A stretch of 32,000 nucleotides of DNA from Microcystis aeruginosa NIES-2549 (GTDB taxonomy: Bacteria; Cyanobacteriota; Cyanobacteriia; Cyanobacteriales; Microcystaceae). Each line of letters begins with the position of its first letter. Within the stretch, counting starts at the first letter, position 1. Below, piece after piece: positions 15,365 to 23,109 of this stretch. The stretch spans positions 1,740,001 through 1,772,000 of the forward strand of contig NZ_CP011304.1 in assembly GCF_000981785.2 (NCBI RefSeq), read 5' to 3'. The position numbers were made by a program, and so were the translations under genes. A model generated the notes under the pieces. It was not told where the DNA came from and did no database searches. It saw only the letters and a list, made by a program, of their open reading frames with translations.

Positions 15365-17764
15365 ATGACCAATTCTCCCAACATTAAAACGGTTATTAGT
15401 CAAGAACCCTACATTATTCTTAACAATCAGGGAGAAATTCTCCCTTCTATTAATCTGAGTCGTCCTAATTATAAATTGGGTCGGGATGGTCAACAGGTGG
15501 ATTTAGTTGTTCCCCAACACTGGACGGTGGTGAGTCGAGTCCAAGCTTGTTTTCGTCGTCAGGGAGATGATTACTATATCTACGATGGAGACGGGACTAA
15601 TTCTAGTTCCAATAAACTTTTTATCAACAATCGTGTCATTACTCCCAAAGATGGCTATCTTTTACGAAATGGGGATGAGATTAATATCGGTCAAGATGCC
15701 AAAAATTCGGTCAAGATCACCTATTATCATCCTAACCAACCGGTAAAAAGCCAATCTTTCGCTTTTAAATCGGTTTCCCTCGGCCATCGCAGTGTAGTTT
15801 TAGGACGAGATAATGCTGCGACTGTGGTTTTAGACGCACCGACAATTTCCCGACAACACGCGATTATCGACAGCGATAACCAAAATCGTTATATTCTCTA
15901 CGACAAAAGCACCAATGGAGTCTTTATCGACGGAGAAAAAGTATCGGGTAGTGCCATTTTAACCAACGGTTGTACGGTGAGAATCGGCCCCTATAGTTTT
16001 CGGTTGCAGGGAGATGAATTAGTTTTATTAGATACAGGAGATAATATCCGTCTAGATGCCGAAAATATCGTCAGGATGGTGCGGGATAAAAAGAAACAAC
16101 CCTTGATAATTCTCAATCATATCTCCTTACCGATCGAACCGAGTCAATTAGTGGCGATTGTCGGGGGAAGTGGTGCGGGAAAATCGACTTTATTAAAGAC
16201 TTTATTGGGAATTGAACCCACCACATCGGGAACTGTTTATCTGAATGGGGAAGAGCTGCGCCAGAATTTTAATATCTATCGCACCCAAATCGGTTATGTT
16301 CCCCAATACGATATCGTCCACAGGGATTTAACCGTGGGAGAAGTGTTATATTATGCTTCTAAATTAAGGCTACCTCCGGATCTTAATTGCCAAGAAGTGA
16401 TCGAGAAAACCCTGCAGCAGGTGGAATTGTTAGCAAGAAGAAATACTTTAGTCAGAGACTTAAGTGGTGGTCAGTTAAAAAGGGTGAGTATTGCGGTAGA
16501 ATTATTAGCTAATCCCAAATTATTCTTTTTAGATGAACCCACCTCGGGATTAGACCCCGGTTTAGATAAAAAGATGATGGAATTGCTGGCAAAATTGGCC
16601 AAAGAAGGCAGAACAATTCTCCTAGTCACCCATGCTACTAATAATATCAATCTCTGCGATCGATTAGTTTTTCTTGGTCAAGGGGGCAATTTATGTTATT
16701 TTGGTTCTCCGGGGGAGGCCTTAAATTTTTTCTCTTTACCTCAGGGGGATTTTGCCGATATTTATATTCATCTGGAAACTAGCGAAAAAGTTGAGCAAGA
16801 ATGCCAACGTTTCCAACAATCTGACTACTACAAAAATAATATTGAAGCAAGAATCGGTAAAGTATTTCAGCAAAATAATAGTAAACCGCAACAGGTTCAA
16901 CAATCTTTTTGGCTACAACTACAGGTTTTATGTCAACGCTATAGCCAATTAATTATCCGCGATCAGGTTAGTTTAATTTTATACCTATTAACCGCCCCGA
17001 TCGGAATTTTTTTAATGGCCATGGTTTTAGGGGACGAAAATCCTTTATTTTTGGGGGATAATCCCAGTTTTGAGCAGGCTATCCAATCCGCACCTTTAGC
17101 ATTAAAAACTCTCTTTGTTTTTACCTGCGCGGAATTATGGGTAGGTTTTGCCTGTTCCCTACAGGAAATTGTCAAAGAATCGCCAATTTATCGGCGAGAA
17201 AGATTAGTTAATCTGGGATTATTACCCTATTTATTGTCAAAAAGTCTGGTTTTAGCAGCCGTAGCTTTTCTGCAAACAATTGTAATTACCTGCGTGATAT
17301 TTTGGGGATTTACTGACCCGCAACCGGAATTAATGACCTGGTTAATTGGCTGTTTTATTACCACATTTTTAACTATATTTGCGGCAATTAATCTCGGTTT
17401 ATTAATTTCTGCTGGTGTTAGTAATATCACCCAAGCAAATAGTGCCTTACCTTTAATTTTAATTCCTCAGATTATCTTTGCTGGGGTATTATTTAACTTA
17501 GAAGGTCTGGGAAAATATCTATCATGGTTGATGATTAGTCGCTGGTCAATTGCTGCCTACGGTGTATTAGTAGAGGTGGAAGCTATGATTGCAGAAGCGA
17601 AAGAACAAAATAGTTTTAATTTCCCTTTACCCTTTGAGGATGCCAATCAAGTTTATCAATTATCTATCAATAATTTGTTATTGAATTGGGGAGTATTAAT
17701 TCTTCATTCTCTTATTTATTTTCTCCTTACCTATTGGTGGCAAAAAAGAAAAGATATTTTATGA
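15365..17764 (+). CDS. Double-FHA-domain ABC transporter, fused ATP-binding and ABC-2-type permease (ABCG-like half transporter)
   Basis: Two FHA-like modules (YKLGRD...SRVQA...NKLFINN...GDEINIG and VVLGRD...ISRQHA...STNGVFIDG...GCTVRIG). Walker A GGSGAGKST, signature LSGGQLKRVSIA, Walker B LFFLDEPTSGLD, and about six C-terminal TM helices. Confidence 0.85.
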   Translation: MTNSPNIKTVISQEPYIILNNQGEILPSINLSRPNYKLGRDGQQVDLVVPQHWTVVSRVQACFRRQGDDYYIYDGDGTNSSSNKLFINNRVITPKDGYLLRNGDEINIGQDAKNSVKITYYHPNQPVKSQSFAFKSVSLGHRSVVLGRDNAATVVLDAPTISRQHAIIDSDNQNRYILYDKSTNGVFIDGEKVSGSAILTNGCTVRIGPYSFRLQGDELVLLDTGDNIRLDAENIVRMVRDKKKQPLIILNHISLPIEPSQLVAIVGGSGAGKSTLLKTLLGIEPTTSGTVYLNGEELRQNFNIYRTQIGYVPQYDIVHRDLTVGEVLYYASKLRLPPDLNCQEVIEKTLQQVELLARRNTLVRDLSGGQLKRVSIAVELLANPKLFFLDEPTSGLDPGLDKKMMELLAKLAKEGRTILLVTHATNNINLCDRLVFLGQGGNLCYFGSPGEALNFFSLPQGDFADIYIHLETSEKVEQECQRFQQSDYYKNNIEARIGKVFQQNNSKPQQVQQSFWLQLQVLCQRYSQLIIRDQVSLILYLLTAPIGIFLMAMVLGDENPLFLGDNPSFEQAIQSAPLALKTLFVFTCAELWVGFACSLQEIVKESPIYRRERLVNLGLLPYLLSKSLVLAAVAFLQTIVITCVIFWGFTDPQPELMTWLIGCFITTFLTIFAAINLGLLISAGVSNITQANSALPLILIPQIIFAGVLFNLEGLGKYLSWLMISRWSIAAYGVLVEVEAMIAEAKEQNSFNFPLPFEDANQVYQLSINNLLLNWGVLILHSLIYFLLTYWWQKRKDIL

Positions 17765-17830
17765 TCTAAATTATGAACAGCTTAACTGATAAGTACCTAA
17801 GCAAAATTAATTACACATATCTAACCCCCC

Positions 17831-17858
17831 CTTGCCTCTTGCCTCTTGCCTTTTGCCT
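17831..17858. repeat. Heptamer tandem array CTTGCCT x3 plus TTTGCCT
   Basis: Read directly. Confidence 0.85.
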
Positions 17859-17893
17859 TTCTTCACTAGGAAATTTATTTTGCACGACTACTT

Positions 17894-17928
17894 AACTGAT
17901 AACTGATAACTGATAACTGATAACTGAC
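17894..17928. repeat. Heptamer tandem array AACTGAT x4 plus AACTGAC
   Basis: Read directly. Same family, in reverse-complement phase, as CAGTTAT at 27550-27598. It ends 12 nt before the msrA stop. Confidence 0.9.
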
Positions 17929-17940
17929 GGCTAACCCTAC

Positions 17941-18603
17941 TTAATTTAATTTCAGATCAAGAGCGATCGGACATTCCACTTTCGTTCCCCCTAAACCACA
18001 GTAACCGCCGGGGTTTTTAGCTAAATACTGCTGATGATAAACTTCAGCATAATAAAATTCAGGTGCGTCGATAATTTCCGTGGTAATCTGACCGTAGTTC
18101 GCTTTATTGAGAGCTTCTTGGTAGATCGATCGAGATTTTTCCGCTAATTGCTTTTGCTGGGGATTATAAGTATAGATACCCGATCGATACTGGGTTCCCG
18201 TATCATTACCCTGACGCATTCCTTGGGTGGGATTATGACTTTCCCAGAAAACCTTTAACAGTTGTTCGTAGGAAATCACACTGGGATCATAGACCACTAA
18301 GACCACTTCATTATGCCCAGTCATGCCGGTACACACTTCCTGATAGGTGGGATTAGGGGTGATACCAGCCGCATAACCCACGGCCGTGGTGTAAACTCCT
18401 TCTAATTGCCAAAATTTGCGCTCTGCTCCCCAAAAACAGCCTAAACCAAACATTGCGGTTTCCATACCGGCGGGAAAGGGGGGCTGCAAAGGATGACCGT
18501 TAACGTAGTGGGCGCTAGGTACGGGCATTTTTTCCGATCGCCCAGGTAGGGCCTCCCTTGCTGTGGGCAAAGTTAATTTTTTTCCGAATCCGAATAACGC
18601 CAT
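17941..18603 (-). CDS. msrA: Peptide-methionine (S)-S-oxide reductase
   Basis: Active-site motif [13 protein letters not shown] and overall MsrA-like sequence ([19 protein letters not shown]). Confidence 0.92.
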   Translation of the reverse strand: MALFGFGKKLTLPTAREALPGRSEKMPVPSAHYVNGHPLQPPFPAGMETAMFGLGCFWGAERKFWQLEGVYTTAVGYAAGITPNPTYQEVCTGMTGHNEVVLVVYDPSVISYEQLLKVFWESHNPTQGMRQGNDTGTQYRSGIYTYNPQQKQLAEKSRSIYQEALNKANYGQITTEIIDAPEFYYAEVYHQQYLAKNPGGYCGLGGTKVECPIALDLKLN

Positions 18604-18990
18604 AATTAAGAATTTGTCCAGAAAGTTTTACCTTACTTTACATTGTCGCTTAATTTTGGCGATTTCAGTGATCGGTGATCAGAACCGAGGCTGCAGATCA
18701 ATTTTTGTCAATCTACTGATACCATTTTTCTCAAGTAATGGCAGAGATGGTTAATTTCCCTTCCCCCCAACCCCGGTCCGGCGAAGGGAAGAGGCGAGTA
18801 GGATGCCTGCCACGAATAAAGAAAAATGCTATCAGCCAATTACTTTGAGAGTTAAGCAGTAAGCGTTGGGGTGGTTGGGTGTCGCTTTTTCAATTGAATT
18901 AATACGTTTTCTCCTAAGTATTGTTTCGCTCAAACCAACCTACGAGGCTGCTCCCTAATTAGATTTAATTGGGCTAACCTACTTCCCAAT

Positions 18991-19191
18991 TGTGTTAGCA
19001 TCAGAGATAAGTATAAAACAGCCGAACGATTAAAGCGGGACTATTGGCTCTATGTGGTGTTTAACTGTGGGACAATGTCGGAAGTTTATGTCATTCGAGA
19101 TGCGGTTACGCTAGGACGGCAACCTGTTACAAGCATTGAACATTATCAGCTTCGACTAGAGGCAATTCTACGGCAGGATGAACGGGAATGA
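18991..19191 (+). pseudogene. C-terminal remnant of a helicase/restriction-associated nuclease-like (DUF3883-type) protein
   Basis: An open frame ends at TGA 19189-19191 and overlaps the next ATG (ATGA). It translates ...KYKTAERLKRDYWLYVVFNCGTMSEVYVIRDAVTLGRQPVTSIEHYQLRLEAILRQDERE. The ..A..L...YWLYVV....P.vy.I.dP pattern is the typical C-terminal end of such nuclease domains. There is no plausible start codon and no upstream body (stop at 18895-18897). Confidence 0.5.
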
Positions 19192-21170
19192 AGATCAGCA
19201 AAATTCAGATTAAAAATTTTAAGTCTTTTCAAAATGTTACCGTAGATTTAGATCCTGATTTTAATGTCTTTACTGGGGTTAATAATTCAGGAAAAACCAA
19301 TTTGCTAGAGGCGATCGCTCTTTGGCATGAGTGTTTTAACTTCTTGTTATACCAAGCAATTCGTGCTAAACCTGAACGTTATCGAGCGGGGCATTATGTT
19401 TTTAAAGATACTCAGTATTTACTTTACACAGATGTAAAAACGGTTCGTAGTTCTAATATTGATGACTTATTTTATCAGTGCGATAAAAGTCAAAAAATTG
19501 AATTAATCTTTATCTTTCAAGACATATATTCTGAGCAAAGACCAAACCCATTATTAAAGATTGGTTTTTCAATTACAAATTCCCATGGCAACAGCTACAA
19601 GCTAGAATTTTTAAATCGTCAAGATTTTGATTTTTTTCAGTTTAACCAACTATTTCATAATTTTCCTAAAGCAATTGGCTGTTCTTTTGCTTCTCCTGTT
19701 GCAACGATTAGAGCAGACGAAAGATTTTTAACTACTCCGCAGGTACTAGAAGCAATTCAAAAGCGAGAATCGGTTGAAGTCATTCGTAATCGTCTATACA
19801 CTCTTCATAGTGATCAAGCAGATCCTCAATTGTATGAGAGATTTAAGCGCGATTTGTCGTATATTCTCTTTGATAGCCCTAGTGCAGAGGTTAGCTTTTT
19901 TACTTCTAGTGATTTTCGGGATGATGTCAAAGTTATTATTAATTACAAAATTGATAATCGTGATATAGAAAAAGATATTTCTTTACTGGGAAGTGGGACA
20001 ATACAGATTATTGTAATTTTATTAAATTTATATTCTTTTGGGCAAAGAAATGATCTCAATTTGATTCTTTTTGATGAGCCTGATAGTCATATTCATCGTG
20101 ACATACAGAGTCGGCTAATCAATACACTGCTTAGATTCTCTGAGACAACACAAATTTTTTTAACAACTCATAATGAAAGTTTAATTCGACAGGTTTCTTT
20201 ACATCAATTATTTCATCTGGAAAATAGACCTCAATATAATTATAATGCTTTATCTCGACAAGAACTTCCCGTAGAGCCACGCTTTAAAGGAATTTATCCC
20301 TCTGCGCTAAATCCTATTATTAGTTCTTTAGGGAATAGTAATGGTTTAGATTTTATTAATGCCGTTGAAGCGGATAAAATCATTTTTGTCGAAGGTCAGG
20401 ATGATGCAAAAGCAATTTATACGTTATTACAAAAGAATACTATTGGTATAAATACAAAAAAATATTCTTTCTGGGTGATGGGCGGAGTCTCTCAAATTTT
20501 TAAGGATTTACCTAGTTATAAAAAGATTTTTCAGTTAATTAAAAATCAGCAGAATTTATGGCAAAAATCTGTGTTAATTTTTGATAGAGATTTCTTAAAT
20601 GACGACCATAAAAATCTAATTATAAATAATTTAAATAATCGGTTTAATTTGCCAACTTATATCCCAAGTGCATATACGTTTGAATCTATTTTATTGACAG
20701 ATTTTGATAAATTAGGTAGGTTACTTTTTCTGTGGTTAAGTCACCAGCAAAATTCGATTTCAGTGGATGCCGTAAGTCTTGCTCAAGGTCTTAAACAAGC
20801 CTATCTGAACTATATGAATCCCAAATTAGAGCAATTACTCAATGATAATGAGGCATTTGAACAAATCATCTATCAATGCCGCTCTATTCGGGATAAGCTT
20901 AAGAGTGATGATATGTTGGGTACAAATGATAGGTCAATTCCAGAAAATGATGTTCAATTATCAACTGCTTATCGCAACTATTTCAATCAAATTTTGAATA
21001 CACGGGATTTTTACAAGTATGCCAAAAAAGATGACGTTCAAGCAATTATCAATCAGGTGATCAGCCCTCATAATATAGCGTTTAATATTGAGCAGGATTT
21101 TATTGCTTTATTAGAATGCGTTGATCGCTCAACTTGGTTTGAGGAGTGGGATTTTTTAACGAGATTGTAG
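19188..21170 (+). CDS. ABC/SMC-like ATPase fused to a Toprim/DUF4435-like domain (OLD-family, GajA-like or fused-PARIS-like nuclease)
   Basis: IKNFKSF...FTGVNNSGKTNLLEAI gives Walker A at 19275-19298. Also seen are LLGSGTIQ, Walker B LILFDEPDSHIH (D296/E297 at 20073-20078) and FLTTHNESL. C-terminal IIFVEGQDD (Glu codon 20391-20393) and LIFDRDF (D-x-D at 20583-20591) are Toprim-like. Strongly AT-rich. Confidence 0.75.
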   Translation: MKISKIQIKNFKSFQNVTVDLDPDFNVFTGVNNSGKTNLLEAIALWHECFNFLLYQAIRAKPERYRAGHYVFKDTQYLLYTDVKTVRSSNIDDLFYQCDKSQKIELIFIFQDIYSEQRPNPLLKIGFSITNSHGNSYKLEFLNRQDFDFFQFNQLFHNFPKAIGCSFASPVATIRADERFLTTPQVLEAIQKRESVEVIRNRLYTLHSDQADPQLYERFKRDLSYILFDSPSAEVSFFTSSDFRDDVKVIINYKIDNRDIEKDISLLGSGTIQIIVILLNLYSFGQRNDLNLILFDEPDSHIHRDIQSRLINTLLRFSETTQIFLTTHNESLIRQVSLHQLFHLENRPQYNYNALSRQELPVEPRFKGIYPSALNPIISSLGNSNGLDFINAVEADKIIFVEGQDDAKAIYTLLQKNTIGINTKKYSFWVMGGVSQIFKDLPSYKKIFQLIKNQQNLWQKSVLIFDRDFLNDDHKNLIINNLNNRFNLPTYIPSAYTFESILLTDFDKLGRLLFLWLSHQQNSISVDAVSLAQGLKQAYLNYMNPKLEQLLNDNEAFEQIIYQCRSIRDKLKSDDMLGTNDRSIPENDVQLSTAYRNYFNQILNTRDFYKYAKKDDVQAIINQVISPHNIAFNIEQDFIALLECVDRSTWFEEWDFLTRL

Positions 21171-21180
21171 AATTTTAACC

Positions 21181-21291
21181 ATGATGACCTACCCTAAACG
21201 ACTGATCGAAGTTGACCTACCCATTAAGGGAATTTCTGCCCATGCGCGGCGGTAAAAATCGATTCGTCATGGGCATATTTCTACACTTCAT
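21181..21291 (+). pseudogene. N-terminal remnant of a DUF1156-type DNA methyltransferase, with an in-frame stop and then truncation
   Basis: [36 protein letters not shown] with TAA at 21253-21255, where intact family members have REK. The LIEV.LP...IS...REKSIRHGH.STLH string is the DUF1156 N-terminal signature. Homology stops after STLH (the expected WWARRP is absent). Confidence 0.65.
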
Positions 21292-21381
21292 AGCGCAGCT
21301 TGACGGTGGGAGTATGTCAATGAATTTGCCAAGCAAACTGATTACTGTTCACTAAAAAAGCTGCGCCGCTGCCCGTTAAAA

Positions 21382-23034
21382 TTAACTAAAGTGAGGCATA
21401 AGAGTCAAAACTCCCAAGTCTAAATCTTTACTATCGATCGATTTTGCCTCGTAGAGGGCTAACATATCGTTTAATTGGGGATTACCGCAGGAGGAACCAG
21501 TTACCCCCATGGCAACAATCAAACCACAATAACCCTCGGTATTTTTGATGCGTTTTTGCCAATTGCGGCGAGCATTACGGTGGTCGGGATCATCTTGCTC
21601 GAATTCCCCAAACAGATAGAGATCACCGTTAGCCATTTTCAGAATCCCGAGATCATAACGGGTATCTTCTAAGGGATCTTCGCCGGGGTTAAAACCAATA
21701 GCCTCCAAACCGCCAGCTTGTTGGATTTTTTCGATCAGTTCCTTGGCTTTCGGTCGGGAGGTCTGGATCATAACCACGGGGAAACCCTCTCCTTTTGTCG
21801 GTACGGACTGGGGTTGATAATGGATCTTCGGCCGATTGCGAATTTTATCCAATAATTGCCAGGGAACCATTCCCAGACTCAGATGTGCATTATCAGGGAC
21901 TAGATTCTCCTTGAGTACGGATTCTTCCTCATCATCATCCTCATCATCATCGTCGTCGTCGTCGTCCTCCTCTAAGAGTTGCATAAATTCCGCACATAGA
22001 TCGGGCATCGTGGCTACCGTCACCGCCACGGTTTCCCCTTTTGCTTGTTCGGGATCGAGGGGAATGCGAAAACGACGCTGTAATTCTCCGATTGGTTCTT
22101 CCGATAAAGCGGATTGATTGCCTTTCAAAAAGCGCAACAGAGCCATTAAAGCTAAATATACCGTGATTGCTTCTTCTTCATCTAAATAGGGGCGAATACC
22201 TTCGTAGGGATGCACGCTGCCAAAAACCGGATGAATCTGGGAGGGGGCAGCCGAGGCCAGATCGTAGTCATCCTCATCATCGTCCTCGTCATCATCGGCC
22301 AATTCGTAGCTTAAAAACCAGCAATCTTGGGAAAGAAAGGCTTTTTCTAATCTTTCCATCGATTTTTCTTCTAAAGCGGCCTGCCGGAATTGTTTGAGGG
22401 ATGCTAGGGAACGATAGAGAATGACTCCGTATTCCCGACCGAGCATTCCCATGATACAGGCGTAAAGATACGGGAAATCGGGGCGATCGATCTTAATTTC
22501 CAAGATATCGTAATCAGCTAAACAGGACCAGGGTTCAGCTTTCCAAATTTCGTGAGCGGTTTTCACCAAAGCGGACTGCCAAGCGGGGGGAATTGCCGGG
22601 GGGCGGTTATTTTGGAATTCCTCGAATCCGCGAAAGAGATCATCGATCAGGGGCAAACTGGGGACATAATCGATGGTGATATCGAGATCTTGCAGTACCC
22701 CGCGCAGGAAAAACTGTGTTTCTCGATCGCGGACGATAATTTTTTTCGGTCTGGCTGGCCGGGCGGGATTTTGGGGTGTTTCGATGGCGCGGATTAAGGT
22801 TCTCACCATGGCCTCGGGCCCGGTTTCGGGGGAAACTACTTCCATAGCGCGTACACAGCCCTCGCTGCCATCCACCCAGATCACGCACTCGCCGCCGCTT
22901 TCTTGATTTGGTTCTAGGGTGGCCCGGGGCATTCTCTCGGATAAGGATAAAGCACGACGATCTCCTTCCCAAACGCTGGGAATTTGTGGGATTTTTTTGA
23001 GGCGGCTTTGGGTCGTCCGGGGCAGAAGATTCAT
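21382..23034 (-). CDS. Hypothetical protein (550 aa) with two poly-Asp/Glu tracts
   Basis: Long ORF with backbone-like composition. Acidic runs DDDEDDDEDDYD (22261-22296) and EEDDDDDDDDEDDDEEE (21922-21972). No catalytic motif recognised. It lies 75 nt downstream of the caspase-like gene on the same strand. Confidence 0.7.
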   Translation of the reverse strand: MNLLPRTTQSRLKKIPQIPSVWEGDRRALSLSERMPRATLEPNQESGGECVIWVDGSEGCVRAMEVVSPETGPEAMVRTLIRAIETPQNPARPARPKKIIVRDRETQFFLRGVLQDLDITIDYVPSLPLIDDLFRGFEEFQNNRPPAIPPAWQSALVKTAHEIWKAEPWSCLADYDILEIKIDRPDFPYLYACIMGMLGREYGVILYRSLASLKQFRQAALEEKSMERLEKAFLSQDCWFLSYELADDDEDDDEDDYDLASAAPSQIHPVFGSVHPYEGIRPYLDEEEAITVYLALMALLRFLKGNQSALSEEPIGELQRRFRIPLDPEQAKGETVAVTVATMPDLCAEFMQLLEEDDDDDDDDEDDDEEESVLKENLVPDNAHLSLGMVPWQLLDKIRNRPKIHYQPQSVPTKGEGFPVVMIQTSRPKAKELIEKIQQAGGLEAIGFNPGEDPLEDTRYDLGILKMANGDLYLFGEFEQDDPDHRNARRNWQKRIKNTEGYCGLIVAMGVTGSSCGNPQLNDMLALYEAKSIDSKDLDLGVLTLMPHFS

Positions 23035-23109
23035 CGGGAAATTTAGGGGTAGCTGTGTTAGGATTTTAACCTTTTCTTTTCAAGGATTCCATAGAATCAT
23101 TCTATCGAT

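Noticed and set aside
14098-17430. Short ORFs within sir and the FHA-ABC gene (14098..14391, 14392..14763, 14412..14594, 14911..15096, 16752..16952, 16963..17175, 17227..17430)
   Set aside because: They are nested in long genes with unambiguous motifs and have no independent signals.
18563-18754. 63-aa ORF overlapping the msrA start and its upstream region
   Set aside because: It overlaps the msrA N-terminus on the opposite strand and has low-complexity composition, no RBS and no recognisable motif.
18756-18790. Hairpin TTCCCTTC-(19 nt)-GAAGGGAA upstream of msrA as a regulatory element or terminator
   Set aside because: It has only an 8-bp stem with a large 19-nt loop and no U-tract. It is too weak to call.
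18898-18990. Upstream part of the open frame that contains the helicase/nuclease C-terminal remnant
   Set aside because: The translation (INTFSPKYCFAQTNLRGCSLIRLIGANLLP...) has no start codon and no protein-like pattern. It overlaps a small repeat-like stem region (GGTTGGGTGTCGC...GCTCAAACCAACC). Only 18991-19191 looks like genuine former coding sequence.
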